DNA of 32,000 nt from Pseudoduganella armeniaca. Lineage in GTDB: Bacteria > Pseudomonadota > Gammaproteobacteria > Burkholderiales > Burkholderiaceae_D. The notes below the pieces were generated by a model. That model made no database searches, was not told where the DNA came from, and saw nothing but the letters and a program-made list of their open reading frames with translations. Where the stretch lies: the NCBI RefSeq assembly GCF_003028855.1, contig NZ_CP028324.1, positions 4,078,661-4,110,660 on the forward strand. Direction: 5' to 3'. The translations under genes and the position numbers were made by a program. Of this stretch, positions 1-10,431 are shown one piece after another. Numbering within the stretch: position 1 is the first letter of the stretch; each line of letters begins with the position of its first letter.

Positions 1-349
1 GATTATGGAACAGGCTCAGGCCGTTGACGATCAAAAACAGTACGCACGTGACGCACAAGACGGTCTTGTAGAGCGGCAGGCGCTGTTGCGGCCCTGCCTT
101 GACGGTGAAATACATCCTGAAGCATCCTTCGCTGAGGCGCGGCGGCAAGAGCAGGCTATTATAGACTGTCGAGCCAATTAATGCCTCGTGGAAAGCTCAT
201 TCGGCGCAAAAGTTGCGCTAGGGAACAACGAACGGGCACTGCATGACGCGTCGGCTGCGCCAACGGTGGAAGGTGAGGTCCGCAGCGGAGCGGACCGGAG
301 GGGAGCGCAAGCACGCGGCAAGACCGGAAGCCTCGCCGCGCTGCCGGGT

Positions 350-982
350 TCAGTCCAACAGGTTGTTCTTCATAGCGTAGTATGTCAGGTCGCTATTCGA
401 TTGCAAGCCCATTTTCTCCATGATGCGGGTGCGGTAGGTACTGACGGTCTTGATGCTGAGCGACAGCGCCGTGCCGATATCGGACACGGTGGCACCGCGC
501 GCCAGCCGCAGGAAGACCTGGAACTCGCGGTCGGAAAGTTCCGTATGCAACGCCGTATTCGGGTCGCGGTCGAAACTTTGCGCCAGCAGCTCGCCGACCT
601 GGGAACTGACGTAGCGGCGGCCCTGATAGACGGTGCGCACGGCCGTGATCAGCTCGTCCGCCTCGCACTCCTTGTTCAGGTAACCGTTGGCACCCATCTT
701 GAACAGATTCAGCGCGTACTGCTGCGCCGGGTAGCCCGACAGGATCAGGACCGGCAGGTCCGGCTGGCCCTGGCGGATCGTGCGCAGGGTGTCGATGCCG
801 CTCTGGTCCGGCATTGCAATGTCCAGCAGCAGCACGTCGCAGATCTCGCGCCGCGCGATATCGAGCGCTTCCCGGCCCGTACTGCCCTCCGCCACGACGG
901 AAAACTCGTCGGACGCCGAAAAAATCTGCTTGAAGCCTGCTCTAACTATCTGATGATCGTCACAAATGGCAACGCGTATCAT
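350..982 (-). CDS. Two-component response regulator, NarL/FixJ family (receiver + LuxR-type HTH)
   Basis: 210-aa ORF. The N-terminal receiver domain starts MIRVAICDDH and has the phospho-acceptor context VLLLDIAMPD. The C-terminal LuxR/GerE HTH reads LSDREFQVFLRLARGATVSDIGTALSLSIKTVSTYRTRIMEKMG. The + strand ORF 188..1018 is its antisense shadow. Confidence 0.9.
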   Translation of the reverse strand: MIRVAICDDHQIVRAGFKQIFSASDEFSVVAEGSTGREALDIARREICDVLLLDIAMPDQSGIDTLRTIRQGQPDLPVLILSGYPAQQYALNLFKMGANGYLNKECEADELITAVRTVYQGRRYVSSQVGELLAQSFDRDPNTALHTELSDREFQVFLRLARGATVSDIGTALSLSIKTVSTYRTRIMEKMGLQSNSDLTYYAMKNNLLD

Positions 983-1068
983 TGTTTTCCCTCGTATGTC
1001 CCTAGCTTGGGGAAGTAGTTCTGGAGCGCTCGCCGCTCCGGATCAGCGTCTGCATTTTCACTAGCAAA

Positions 1069-1074
1069 ATTATA
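1069..1074 (-). promoter_or_regulatory. Candidate sigma70 -10 hexamer (TATAAT on minus strand) upstream of the response regulator gene
   Basis: A perfect TATAAT on the minus strand (ATTATA on +) lies in the only AT-rich patch of the 983..1305 intergenic region, about 90 nt upstream of the ATG at 982. The -35 is weak (TTGGTG/TTTGGT at 15-16 nt spacing). Confidence 0.3.
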
Positions 1075-1305
1075 ACGTTGATATTGTATCACCAAACATT
1101 TAACGTTCTCGCGCATTGTCGCGCTGACATGAAATGCCCGCCGGGCGAAAAAAAAGACGCTGCCCGCGCCGCCCGACGCTGCCACGTCTTGTTTCCCGCG
1201 ACGCACCGTGACGACCTGAAATCCACCGTGCACGCCCGTCCAGCGCGTCATGCGACGGCTATCTGGTGCTGCACACGGCAGTTTTCAATACCGCAGTTCA
1301 TGCAA

Positions 1306-1719
1306 TCACTTCAACAGATCTAGAATTGCCTGCAACTCGCCGCGGATCATGTCGCGGTCCAGCGGCGGTAGGGTCTCGGCGCCCGCCTCGTCGGCGCTGC
1401 CCGAACCACCATCATACTCTTCCTGCGCGGCCGCGCCACGGCTGTCCAGCTTATTGCGCGCGCCACTGATCGTGAAACCCTGTTCATACAGCAGTTCACG
1501 GATGCGCCGGATCAACAGCACTTCATGATGCTGGTAATAGCGGCGGTTGCCGCGCCGCTTGACGGGCTTCAGCTGGGTGAATTCCTGTTCCCAATAACGC
1601 AACACATGAGGCTTCACGCCGCACAGTTCGCTCACTTCGCCGATCGTGAAATAGCGCTTGGCCGGGATCGGCGGCAGGCTCACCAGATCGGTCTTGCCGA
1701 TGCGATCGTTCATGTCCAC
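1306..1719 (-). CDS. MerR-family transcriptional regulator
   Basis: 137-aa ORF with an N-terminal MerR-type wHTH (YFTIGEVSELCGVKPHVLRYWEQEF...RRGNRRYYQHHEVLLIRRIRELLYEQGFTISGAR). It lies 7 nt downstream of ihfA on the same strand. Confidence 0.85.
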   Translation of the reverse strand: MDMNDRIGKTDLVSLPPIPAKRYFTIGEVSELCGVKPHVLRYWEQEFTQLKPVKRRGNRRYYQHHEVLLIRRIRELLYEQGFTISGARNKLDSRGAAAQEEYDGGSGSADEAGAETLPPLDRDMIRGELQAILDLLK

Positions 1720-1726
1720 CCTTTAA

Positions 1727-2074
1727 TCAGGCAGCACGTGCCAGCGCGGCACTTTCTTCCACCATCGCCTTGAGCTTCTGGCTGGCGTGGAAGGTGACGA
1801 CCCGGCGCGCCGTGATCGGGATTTCCTCGCCCGTCTTCGGGTTGCGGCCTGGCCGCTGCGGCTTGTCGCGCAGCTGGAAATTGCCGAAACCGGACAGCTT
1901 GACGGCCTCGCCCCGCTCCAGCGCGTTGCGGATCTCGTCGAAGAAGGTTTCGACCATGTCCTTGGCCTCACGCTTGTTCAGGCCAACCTGTTCGAACAGC
2001 AGTTCGGCCAGCTCGGCTTTCGTTAGCGTGGGCAAGTCTTTTTCAGCTTCCTTGCGTACCTTGGCAACCTGCAT
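1727..2074 (-). CDS. ihfA: Integration host factor subunit alpha
   Basis: Strong match to the IHF-alpha/HU fold: [86 protein letters not shown]. The start is ambiguous. The first ATG is at 2074, while the track ORF begins at a TTG at 2110. Neither has a clear SD. Confidence 0.9.
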   Translation of the reverse strand: MQVAKVRKEAEKDLPTLTKAELAELLFEQVGLNKREAKDMVETFFDEIRNALERGEAVKLSGFGNFQLRDKPQRPGRNPKTGEEIPITARRVVTFHASQKLKAMVEESAALARAA

Positions 2075-2307
2075 GGCGCTGTGCAACTCGGCATCCAGCG
2101 CAGATTGCAATACCGCGGAATCGACGTCGTTGTTGTTAATTTTCTTGCCCTGCCTTTACAAAGTACATCGAGTCCGGCGGCGCCGGACTCGCGGGGATGA
2201 ACTGAACTGATGAGTGCGTGACTATACCTGCCGGCGCCGCTGACTTCACTTAATGACAACTTAATGTCGTCACCAGCGAAGTCATCGGCCGGACGGGGTG
2301 GCGCTGC

Positions 2308-4734
2308 TTATTTGCGTACCTTGGCACCCTGTTTTTGCGCCGCCGCATCGGCCAGCGCTGCCATCAGGGTGTCGACCAACTCGTCCTGCAGGGTGGTTTG
2401 AGTATCTTGCAAGCTAAAGCGGAAAGCAAGCGATTTTTCGTCCGCTTCCAACCCCTTGCCGCGATATTCATCAAACAAAACAATGGCTTGCACGATGCGT
2501 CCATGCTCGGCCGCGGCCACCGCGGCGGCAAACGCATCGAGCAGGTCCTGCGCCGCCACGTGCTGCTTGACCACCAGCGCCAGGTCACGCGTAGTACCGG
2601 GGAACTTGGAGATTTCCTGGTACTGCGGCACGCTGCGCTGCTGCAGCGCCTCGGCGTCCACTTCGAACAGCACCGGCGCTTTCGGCAGGTCGTATTTCTG
2701 CAGCCAGCGTGGATGCAGTTCGCCGACGAAGCCGATCACCTTGCCGTCCAGCGTCACCGAGGCGGCCCGGCCCGGGTGCAGCGCCGGGTGGTCCAGCTTG
2801 GCAAAACGCAGCTGCGCCGGCGCGAACAGCGCCTCCAGGTCGGCCTTGACGTCGAAGAAGTCGACGTCGCGGGTCGGCTGGCCCCACTGCTCGTCCGCCT
2901 GCGGGCCGTAGGCGATCGCGGCCACGCGCTGCGGCTGGCGGTAGCCGGCTACCGTCAGCGGGCCGTCCGCCACCGCGGCGTCGCGGTGGTACACGGCACC
3001 CACTTCGAACACACGCACGCGCGCTGCCTTGCGGTTCAGGTTGTAGCGCACGTTCGCCACCAGGCTGCCGATCAGCGACGAGCGCATTACGGAGAGCTGG
3101 CTGGCGATCGGGTTCTGCAGCTTGATCGGGTTGTCGTTGGCGGCGAAGTCCAGCTCCCACTGCGCTTCCACGAAGCTCATGTTGACCACTTCCTGGTAGC
3201 CCAGGTCGGCCAGCTGGTGGCGCACGGCGAAGATCGAACGGGTGTTTTCCGGCTCGATGCGCATCGTGTTCTCGGCCACCGGCGGACGCGCCGGAATGTT
3301 CTCGAAGCCGTACACGCGCGCCACTTCCTCGATCAGGTCTTCCTCGATCTCGATGTCGAAGCGGTAGCTCGGGCTGGTCACGGAGAACACGCCGTCTTCC
3401 AGGGTGAACGGCAGCGCCAGGCGGGTAAAGATGTCGGCCACGACCTCGTCGGTCAGCGGCACGCCGATGACCTTCTGGGCGCGGCTGGTGCGCATCTTGA
3501 CGGGGCTGCGCTGCGGCAGGCTGGCGACGATGTCGTCCACCGGGCCTACTTTCGTTTCAGGCGTGCCGCAGATCTCCAGGATCAGCGCGGTGATGCGCTC
3601 GATGTGTTCCACCGTCGTCGCATAGTCCACGCCGCGCTCGAAGCGGTGTGCCGCATCGGTCGAGAAGTTGTACTTGCGAGCCCGACCCTGGATCGAATTG
3701 GGCCACCAGAACGCCGCTTCCAGGTAGATATTGGTCGTGTCCAGCGACACGGCCGTCGCGTCGCCGCCCATGATGCCGGCCAGCGATTCCAGTTCCTTGT
3801 CGTCGGCGATCACGCCGACCCACTCGTCCACTGCCACGGTATTGCCGTTCAGGAGCTTGAGCGATTCGCCCGCCCTGCCCCAACGCACGTCCAGGCCGCC
3901 GTGGATCTTGTCCAGGTCGAACACATGCGACGGCCGGCCCAGTTCCAGCATCACGTAGTTGGAGATGTCCACCAGCGCCGACAGCGAACGCTGGCCGCTG
4001 CGCTCGAGGCGCTGCTTCATCCAGTCCGGCGTCGCCGCCTTGGCGTTCAGGTTGCGGATGACGCGGCCGGAGAAGCGGCCGCACAGGTCCGGCGCACTGA
4101 TCTTCACCGGCAGCTTTTCATCGGTGCTGACGGCCACGGGCGCGCATTGCGGCGCCTGCAGCGGGGTGCCGGTCAGTGCGGAGACTTCGCGCGCCACGCC
4201 CAGCACGGACAGGCAGTCGGCCTTGTTCGGCGTCAGCTTGATGGTGAACTTCAGGTCGTCCAGCGCGTAGTAGTCGCGGAAGTCGGCGCCCACCGGCGCA
4301 TCTTCCGGCAGCTCCAGCAGGCCGCCGTGGTCTTCCGACAGCTTCAGCTCGCGCGCGGAGCACAGCATGCCCTGCGACTCGACGCCGCGCAGCTTGCCCA
4401 CTTTGATCTCGAACGGCTTGCCGTCCGCTCCGGGCGGCAGCACGGCGCCGGCCTTGGCGCACACGACCTTCAGGCCCGGGCGCACGTTGGGCGCGCCGCA
4501 GACGATATTGAGCAGCGTCCCGGTGCCGACATCGACCTGGCACACGTTCAGGCGGTCCGCGTTCGGGTGCTTTTCCATCTCGCGCACGTGGCCGATCACG
4601 ACGTTCGAGAACGGCGGCGCGACCGGCTCGACTTCTTCCACTTCCAGGCCGGACATCGTCAGGAGGTGCGACAGTTCATCCGAAGTCATCTTCGGATCGG
4701 CCATGGTACGGAGCCAGTTTTCGGAGAATTGCAT
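2308..4734 (-). CDS. pheT: Phenylalanine--tRNA ligase beta subunit
   Basis: 808-aa ORF starting MQFSENWLR, with the tRNA-binding, B3/4, B5 and FDX-ACB domain order typical of PheT. It lies directly downstream of pheS. Confidence 0.97.
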   Translation of the reverse strand: MQFSENWLRTMADPKMTSDELSHLLTMSGLEVEEVEPVAPPFSNVVIGHVREMEKHPNADRLNVCQVDVGTGTLLNIVCGAPNVRPGLKVVCAKAGAVLPPGADGKPFEIKVGKLRGVESQGMLCSARELKLSEDHGGLLELPEDAPVGADFRDYYALDDLKFTIKLTPNKADCLSVLGVAREVSALTGTPLQAPQCAPVAVSTDEKLPVKISAPDLCGRFSGRVIRNLNAKAATPDWMKQRLERSGQRSLSALVDISNYVMLELGRPSHVFDLDKIHGGLDVRWGRAGESLKLLNGNTVAVDEWVGVIADDKELESLAGIMGGDATAVSLDTTNIYLEAAFWWPNSIQGRARKYNFSTDAAHRFERGVDYATTVEHIERITALILEICGTPETKVGPVDDIVASLPQRSPVKMRTSRAQKVIGVPLTDEVVADIFTRLALPFTLEDGVFSVTSPSYRFDIEIEEDLIEEVARVYGFENIPARPPVAENTMRIEPENTRSIFAVRHQLADLGYQEVVNMSFVEAQWELDFAANDNPIKLQNPIASQLSVMRSSLIGSLVANVRYNLNRKAARVRVFEVGAVYHRDAAVADGPLTVAGYRQPQRVAAIAYGPQADEQWGQPTRDVDFFDVKADLEALFAPAQLRFAKLDHPALHPGRAASVTLDGKVIGFVGELHPRWLQKYDLPKAPVLFEVDAEALQQRSVPQYQEISKFPGTTRDLALVVKQHVAAQDLLDAFAAAVAAAEHGRIVQAIVLFDEYRGKGLEADEKSLAFRFSLQDTQTTLQDELVDTLMAALADAAAQKQGAKVRK

Positions 4735-4757
4735 ATTCAGCCCTCGGATTTATTCTT

Positions 4758-5786
<1,029 letters not shown>

Positions 5787-5795
5787 CTATGCTGG

Positions 5796-5834
5796 AAATG
5801 TAAAACGGGGCCCAGGTTGTTAGACCCTGCCCCG
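5796..5834 (-). terminator. Rho-independent terminator/attenuator-like hairpin between rplT and pheS
   Basis: The minus-strand RNA reads CGGGGCAGG-gtctaacaa-CCTGGGCCCCG followed by UUUUACAUUU. That gives 6 + 3 bp with a 2-nt bulge. It lies about 48 nt after the rplT stop and about 20 nt before the pheS ATG. Confidence 0.5.
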
Positions 5835-5881
5835 CTCTTCGTGCCGCCTTGCAGCGGTACGCAACATCGATCACTGATTAA

Positions 5882-6241
5882 TTAAGCAGCGATTTTTGCT
5901 TTCACGGCGTTGACAATCGCGGCAAACGCCGGCTTGTCCATCACAGCCATATCGGCCAGGACTTTACGGTCCAGTTCGATAGCGGCTTTCTTCAGGCCGT
6001 TCATGAAGACGCTGTAGGTCAGGCCGTGTTCACGCGAAGCCGCGTTGATACGGGTGATCCACAGGGCGCGGAAGACGCGCTTCTTGTTACGACGGTCGCG
6101 GTAGGCGTACTGGCCAGCGCGCATGACTGCTTGCTTGGCAATACGGTAAACCTTGCTGCGACGACCGCGGTAACCCTTGGCCAGATTCAGTACTTTTTTA
6201 TGACGGGCACGCGCAGTAACCCCACGTTTTACTCGAGGCAT
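5882..6241 (-). CDS. rplT: 50S ribosomal protein L20
   Basis: 119-aa ORF starting [39 protein letters not shown], a canonical L20. Confidence 0.98.
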   Translation of the reverse strand: MPRVKRGVTARARHKKVLNLAKGYRGRRSKVYRIAKQAVMRAGQYAYRDRRNKKRVFRALWITRINAASREHGLTYSVFMNGLKKAAIELDRKVLADMAVMDKPAFAAIVNAVKAKIAA

Positions 6242-6266
6242 AGTAGCTCCTTAGATGAGTGTGAGA

Positions 6267-6464
6267 TTAAGCGGACGGCATCATGCGCAGGACGCTCGTG
6301 ACGTCGGACGCATTGATGTTGCGGGTACCACGCAGTTGACGCTTGTTTTTGGTGGTCTTCTTGGTCAGGATGTGACGCTTGAACGCCATACCCGACTTGA
6401 CGGTACCACCTGGACGCACGCGAAAACGCTTCTTCGCGGAGCTTTTGGTCTTCATTTTTGGCAT
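6267..6464 (-). CDS. rpmI: 50S ribosomal protein L35
   Basis: The internal start [46 protein letters not shown] gives 65 aa inside the 110-aa track ORF 6267..6599. The ATG is the reverse complement of CAT at 6462..6464. The upstream 45 codons of the track ORF are not L35-like. Confidence 0.95.
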   Translation of the reverse strand: MPKMKTKSSAKKRFRVRPGGTVKSGMAFKRHILTKKTTKNKRQLRGTRNINASDVTSVLRMMPSA

Positions 6465-6471
6465 AACACAT

Positions 6472-6487
6472 CTGTCCTCGCGGACAG
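6472..6487 (-). promoter_or_regulatory. Hairpin overlapping the rpmI Shine-Dalgarno (candidate translational operator element)
   Basis: The minus-strand RNA reads CUGUCC-GCGA-GGACAG, a 6-bp stem with a GNRA-type loop. The only SD-like sequence for rpmI (GAGGA) spans the loop and the 3' arm, about 10 nt before the AUG. Confidence 0.35.
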
Positions 6488-6804
6488 CTCCAAAGTAACA
6501 GGATTGCAGGTGGCAACAACACGTTGCGCTTGGGTGCCTGCTTTCACTTGTTGATGCAGCGGCAGCGGGGCCACTACATGTTGCAGCTTGAGGCTGCAAA
6601 TTCTTGTTGCCGGGTGCAACTCGGCAGCCGGCAATTATAACCGATTTTCCAACAGCCGGGCTTAAACAACCGAGGCATAGTTGGAAAGAGGCCTCGGAAA
6701 ACCCGCACAGCGGGATGCAGTTCGGGCCTGCCGCGCGGAATCGTACGTTAGTACGATGAGCACGGCAGACCCGAAATGCGCCCGATTTGCGGGTTTAACG
6801 ACGC

Positions 6805-7326
6805 TTATTTCTTCTTCTTCGGCGCGATGACCATGATCATCTGGCGGCCTTCCATTTTCGGGAACTGCTCGACCTGGCCATGTTCTTCCAGGTCAGCCTT
6901 CAGACGCTCGAGCATGCGCATGCCGATGTCCTGGTGGGCCATTTCGCGGCCGCGGAAACGCAACGTGATTTTCGTCTTGTCGCCCTCTTCCAGGAACTTG
7001 ATCAGGTTGCGCAGCTTGATGTTGTAGTCGCCATCATCGGTACCCGGACGGAATTTGACTTCCTTCACGGAGATGACTTTCTGCTTCAATTTTGCTTCGT
7101 GCGCCTTCTTCTGCTCCGAATACTTGAACTTGCCGTAGTCCATCAGACGGCAAACCGGTGGCTGCGCCGTCGGCGCGATTTCCACCAGGTCAACGTTCGC
7201 TTCTTCCGCGAGGCGGAAGGCTTCGGCCAGGCTTACGATACCCAGCGGCTCATTGTTGACACCGGACAGGCGCATTTCCGGTGCCGTGATTTCGCCATTG
7301 ATGCGATGCGACTTGTCAGTAGCTAT
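6805..7326 (-). CDS. infC: Translation initiation factor IF-3, with non-canonical ATA start
   Basis: The track ORF starts at an internal Met ([14 protein letters not shown]). The frame stays open upstream and reads [22 protein letters not shown], which is the conserved IF-3 N-terminus. The ATA codon at 7324..7326 is preceded by AAGGAA 6 nt upstream. infC genes classically use AUU/AUA starts. Confidence 0.9.
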   Translation of the reverse strand: MATDKSHRINGEITAPEMRLSGVNNEPLGIVSLAEAFRLAEEANVDLVEIAPTAQPPVCRLMDYGKFKYSEQKKAHEAKLKQKVISVKEVKFRPGTDDGDYNIKLRNLIKFLEEGDKTKITLRFRGREMAHQDIGMRMLERLKADLEEHGQVEQFPKMEGRQMIMVIAPKKKK

Positions 7327-7400
7327 TGCAGTTTCCTTTAAGAAATTTGTTGGGTGTGGCCGGTTACGAATGCCCCAGTGACTAGCACCGGCGCGACCCG

Positions 7401-9308
7401 TCAGGCTTTGTTGGCGACATCCTGCTGGAGTCGCTCGACCAGGGCATCGATCGACATTACGCCGAGATCGACATTGCCCCGTGCACGCACGGCCACGGTA
7501 TTGGCATCCCGTTCCTTGTCGCCGATCACCAGGATGTATGGCAACTTTTGGACGGAGTGTTCGCGTATTTTATACGTGATCTTCTCGTTGCGCAAATCAG
7601 CCGTGACGCGGAAGCCCTGCTGGCGCAGCTTGGCGGCCAGCGCCGTCGCGTATTCGGCCTGGCTGTCCGAAATGTTGAGCACGGCAACCTGCACCGGCGC
7701 CAGCCACATCGGCAGCGCGCCCGCGTAGTTCTCGATCAGGATGCCGATGAAGCGCTCCATCGAGCCGACGATCGCACGGTGCAGCATGACGGGCACCTTG
7801 CGGGTGTTGTCGTCCGCCACATATTCGGCGCCCAGGCGCTCCGGCATGAAGAAGTCAACCTGCATCGTGCCGACCTGCCATGGGCGACCCAGCGAGTCCT
7901 TCAGGTGATATTCGATCTTCGGACCGTAGAAGGCACCCTCGCCCGGCAGCTCCGTCCAGGTCACGCCGCAGGCGCGCAGGCCCTGGCGCAGCGCGTCTTC
8001 CGCGTCGTTCCAGATCTCGTCGGTACCGATGCGGTTGTCCGGACGCAGCGCCAGCTTGACCTCGATATTGGTGAAGTCGAAGTCTTCATAGACTTCCATC
8101 GCCTGCTGGTGGAACGCCACGACTTCCGGCTCGATCTGCTCGTTGGTGCAGAAGATGTGGCCGTCATCCTGGGTAAAGCCGCGCACGCGCATGATGCCAT
8201 GCAACGCGCCGGACGGCTCGTTGCGGTGGCACTGGCCGAACTCGCCGTAGCGCAGCGGCAGGTCGCGGTACGAGCGCATGGCCGAATTGAAGATCTGCAC
8301 GTGGCCCGGGCAGTTCATCGGCTTCAGCGCATACGAACGGTTTTCCGACTCCGTCACGAACATGTTTTCGCGGTAGTTGTCCCAGTGGCCGGTCTTGCCC
8401 CACAGGCTGGCGTCCAGGATCTGCGGCGCCTTGACTTCCTGGTAGCCGTTGTCCTGGTACTTCTTGCGCATGTACTGCTCGACCTGCTGCCAGATCGTCC
8501 AGCCCTTCGGATGCCAGAACACCAGGCCCGGCGCCTCGTCCTGGAAGTGGAAGAAGTCCAATTGCTTGCCAAGCTTCCTGTGGTCGCGCTTTTCCGCCTC
8601 TTCCAGCATGTGCAGGTACTGCTCCTGGTCTTCCTTTTTCGCCCAGGCAGTGCCGTAGACGCGCTGCAGCATCTCGTTTTTCGAGTCGCCGCGCCAGTAG
8701 GCACCGGCCAGCTTCATCAGCTTGAAGACCTTCAGCTTGCCGGTGGAGGGCACGTGCGGGCCGCGGCACAGGTCGGTGAACTTGCCTTCGCTGTACAGCG
8801 ACACGTCCTCGCCCGCCGGGATCGAGCTGATGATCTCGGCCTTGTACGCTTCGCCGATGGACTTGAAGTAGGCAACGGCTTCGTCGCGCGGCAGCACCTT
8901 GCGGGTGACCGGCTCATCCTTCTTGGCCAGCTCGGCCATTTTCTTCTCGATCGCCACCAGGTCGTCCGGGGTGAACGGGCGCTTGTACGAGAAGTCGTAG
9001 TAGAAGCCGTTTTCGATCGTCGGGCCGATGGTCACCTGCGCGTCCGGGAACAGTTCCTTGACGGCGTAGGCCAGCAGGTGGGCGGTGGAGTGACGGATGA
9101 CGTCCAGGCCTTCCGGGTCCTTGTCCGTGACGATGGCGACATCGGCGTCCTGCTCGATCAGGAACGACGTATCGACGACCTTGCCGTCGACCTTGCCGGC
9201 CAGGGCGGCCTTGGCCAGGCTGTTGCTGATGTTCGACGCCACCTGGGCGACGGTGACCGGCGCCTCGAACTGGCGCACGGATCCATCGGGAAGTCGGACT
9301 GATACCAT
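7401..9308 (-). CDS. thrS: Threonine--tRNA ligase
   Basis: 635 aa from [24 protein letters not shown] (TGS domain), then the second additional domain, the class II core (motifs around FRGEDSHxF-type regions, e.g. [12 protein letters not shown]) and the anticodon-binding domain. A GGAGA SD lies 6 nt upstream of the ATG at 9308. The 36 extra N-terminal codons of the track ORF (to 9416) were rejected. Confidence 0.96.
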   Translation of the reverse strand: MVSVRLPDGSVRQFEAPVTVAQVASNISNSLAKAALAGKVDGKVVDTSFLIEQDADVAIVTDKDPEGLDVIRHSTAHLLAYAVKELFPDAQVTIGPTIENGFYYDFSYKRPFTPDDLVAIEKKMAELAKKDEPVTRKVLPRDEAVAYFKSIGEAYKAEIISSIPAGEDVSLYSEGKFTDLCRGPHVPSTGKLKVFKLMKLAGAYWRGDSKNEMLQRVYGTAWAKKEDQEQYLHMLEEAEKRDHRKLGKQLDFFHFQDEAPGLVFWHPKGWTIWQQVEQYMRKKYQDNGYQEVKAPQILDASLWGKTGHWDNYRENMFVTESENRSYALKPMNCPGHVQIFNSAMRSYRDLPLRYGEFGQCHRNEPSGALHGIMRVRGFTQDDGHIFCTNEQIEPEVVAFHQQAMEVYEDFDFTNIEVKLALRPDNRIGTDEIWNDAEDALRQGLRACGVTWTELPGEGAFYGPKIEYHLKDSLGRPWQVGTMQVDFFMPERLGAEYVADDNTRKVPVMLHRAIVGSMERFIGILIENYAGALPMWLAPVQVAVLNISDSQAEYATALAAKLRQQGFRVTADLRNEKITYKIREHSVQKLPYILVIGDKERDANTVAVRARGNVDLGVMSIDALVERLQQDVANKA

Positions 9309-9382
9309 AGTGATCTCCAATCGGCACGAGGCCGCTAAGCTACTGCGAAAGTATAGGGAACGAATGTACGAAAATGCGGACG

Positions 9383-9409
9383 AAAAAAAACGCGGACTAG
9401 CCGCGTTTT
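9383..9409 (-). terminator. Rho-independent terminator downstream of the tRNA-Val pair and upstream of thrS
   Basis: The minus-strand RNA reads AAAACGCGG-CUAGU-CCGCG followed by UUUUUUUU. The A-tract on the other side makes it potentially bidirectional. Confidence 0.6.
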
Positions 9410-9553
9410 CCTTCAATTGAAAAAGCCAAAGAAAGCCGGTCGACTAGCGTCACTCACCAAACCCTGCGGTCGTAGTTCGCGGTGTCATAACCGGTGTGCC
9501 TTTCTCGCTCTTACAAGATGAGAGCCTCGTTTGCGACGAGGCTCCTTGAATTC

Positions 9554-9630
9554 TGGTGGGCGGTGAGGAATTCGAATCCCCGACCCCTTGGATGTCGACC
9601 AAGTATTCTAACCAGCTGAACTAACCGCCC
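9554..9630 (-). tRNA. tRNA-Val (anticodon GAC), copy 1
   Basis: The reverse complement is GGGCGGTTAGTTCAGCTGGTTAGAATACTTGGTCGACATCCAAGGGGTCGGGGATTCGAATTCCTCACCGCCCACCA. It folds with a 7-bp acceptor stem (GGGCGGT/ACCGCCC), anticodon stem CTTGG/CCAAG, loop TC-GAC-AT, T-loop TTCGAAT and an encoded CCA. Confidence 0.92.
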
Positions 9631-9690
9631 GATGGTCCGAGGCAGTGATACTACGCGACATGCGTCACACAACAGCACTACCCTGGACTT

Positions 9691-9736
9691 TACTACTCTA
9701 CTGCATTACTACTCTACTGCATTACTACTGTACTGC
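9691..9736. repeat. Tandem 16-nt repeat (TACTACTCTACTGCAT x2 plus a 14-nt variant) in the spacer between the tRNA-Val copies
   Basis: Direct reading gives 9691..9706 and 9707..9722 as identical units. 9723..9736 is TACTACTGTACTGC. Confidence 0.9.
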
Positions 9737-9742
9737 TTGTTC

Positions 9743-9819
9743 TGGTGGGCGGTGAGGAATTCGAATCCCCGACCCCTTGGATGTCGACCAAGTATTCTAA
9801 CCAGCTGAACTAACCGCCC
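9743..9819 (-). tRNA. tRNA-Val (anticodon GAC), copy 2
   Basis: The 77-nt sequence is identical to copy 1. The identity extends a few nt into both flanks (ttctggtggg...ccgcccgatg). Confidence 0.92.
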
Positions 9820-9933
9820 GATGCCCAGCATTATAGGGAGGCAACGAGAGAAAAACAAGGGCCAACCTGAAATTGTTGGCACGGACGCATCCACGGCGGC
9901 GAGCACAGCAGCCATGCTATATTGGGTGTTGCC

Positions 9934-10413
9934 ATGAAACCCTCCCTGCCGTCCTTGTCGTCGCACATCCTGGCCTACCCGTTGCTGGCCTACGCAATGC
10001 TGTGTCCGGTAGTTGGCGCGGCGGCCGAGCCGGGCACGGCGGACGAAGCGCGCGCCATGGTGGACAAGGCCGCCACCTTGATGCGTGAGCTCGGTCCCGA
10101 ACGAACCATGGCCGAGATCAGCAATCCATTCGGTGCCTTCACCTACCGCGACCTGTACGTGACCGTCTACAGCACGCGCGGGCGCATCCTGGCCCACGGC
10201 ACCCAGCCGCAGCTGATCGGCCGCGATGCCTGGGACTGGCGCGACGCCAACGACAAATACTATGTGCGCGAGATCGTCACCCGTGCGCAGAAGGGCGATA
10301 CCGGTCCCGTACACTACACGCGGGTGCATCCGTTCACCCACCAGCTGCGCGTGAAGGAAACCTGGTTTCGCGCCGTGGACCGGTACGTCATCGCGTGCGG
10401 CGCCTACAAATAA
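9934..10413 (+). CDS. Secreted single-Cache (sCache_2-like) domain protein
   Basis: The signal peptide is MKPSLPSLSSHILAYPLLAYAMLCPVVGAAA. It is followed by a Cache-like pattern (YRDLYVTVYSTRGRILAHGTQPQLIGRDAWDWRDANDKYYVREIV...GPVHYTRVHP...KETWFRAVDRYVIACGAYK). The track ORF begins at a TTG at 9922; the ATG at 9934 is preferred. Confidence 0.75.
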   Translation: MKPSLPSLSSHILAYPLLAYAMLCPVVGAAAEPGTADEARAMVDKAATLMRELGPERTMAEISNPFGAFTYRDLYVTVYSTRGRILAHGTQPQLIGRDAWDWRDANDKYYVREIVTRAQKGDTGPVHYTRVHPFTHQLRVKETWFRAVDRYVIACGAYK

Positions 10414-10431
10414 TCCCTTGCATACCGTCTC

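Noticed and set aside
1-115. Possible 5' end of a minus-strand gene leaving the window (MYFTVKAGPQQRLPLYKTVLCVTCVLFLIVNGLSLFHN...)
   Set aside because: The frame is open to the window edge, has a hydrophobic stretch and has a GAAGGA upstream. However, only 38 codons are visible and there is no recognisable homology, which is too little to call.
188-1018. 276-aa + strand ORF overlapping the response regulator gene
   Set aside because: It is fully antisense to a gene with clear receiver and LuxR-HTH homology. The Arg/Ala/Gln-rich low-complexity translation is typical of high-GC shadow ORFs.
1140-1200. Terminator for the ihfA/MerR operon at the A8/T8 tract near 1148..1155
   Set aside because: On the minus strand a U8 run follows GC-rich sequence. 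The upstream repeats (GGCAGCGTC x2) are direct, not inverted, so I could not draw a convincing stem.
7401-9416. Longer 671-aa version of thrS starting at 9416
   Set aside because: The 36 extra N-terminal codons are not ThrRS-like and overlap the terminator at 9383..9409. The ATG at 9308 has a GGAGA SD and starts the conserved TGS domain.
9691-9736. Possible CRISPR-like array
   Set aside because: There are only about three directly abutting 16-nt units with no spacers, and no cas genes are present. It is a simple tandem repeat.
9554-9819. Duplicated tRNA-Val as attL/attR of an integrated element
   Set aside because: The copies are only 112 nt apart and full length. No integrase or cargo lies between or next to them. 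The Rhs accessory DNA starts about 1.8 kb further on, after two host-like genes.
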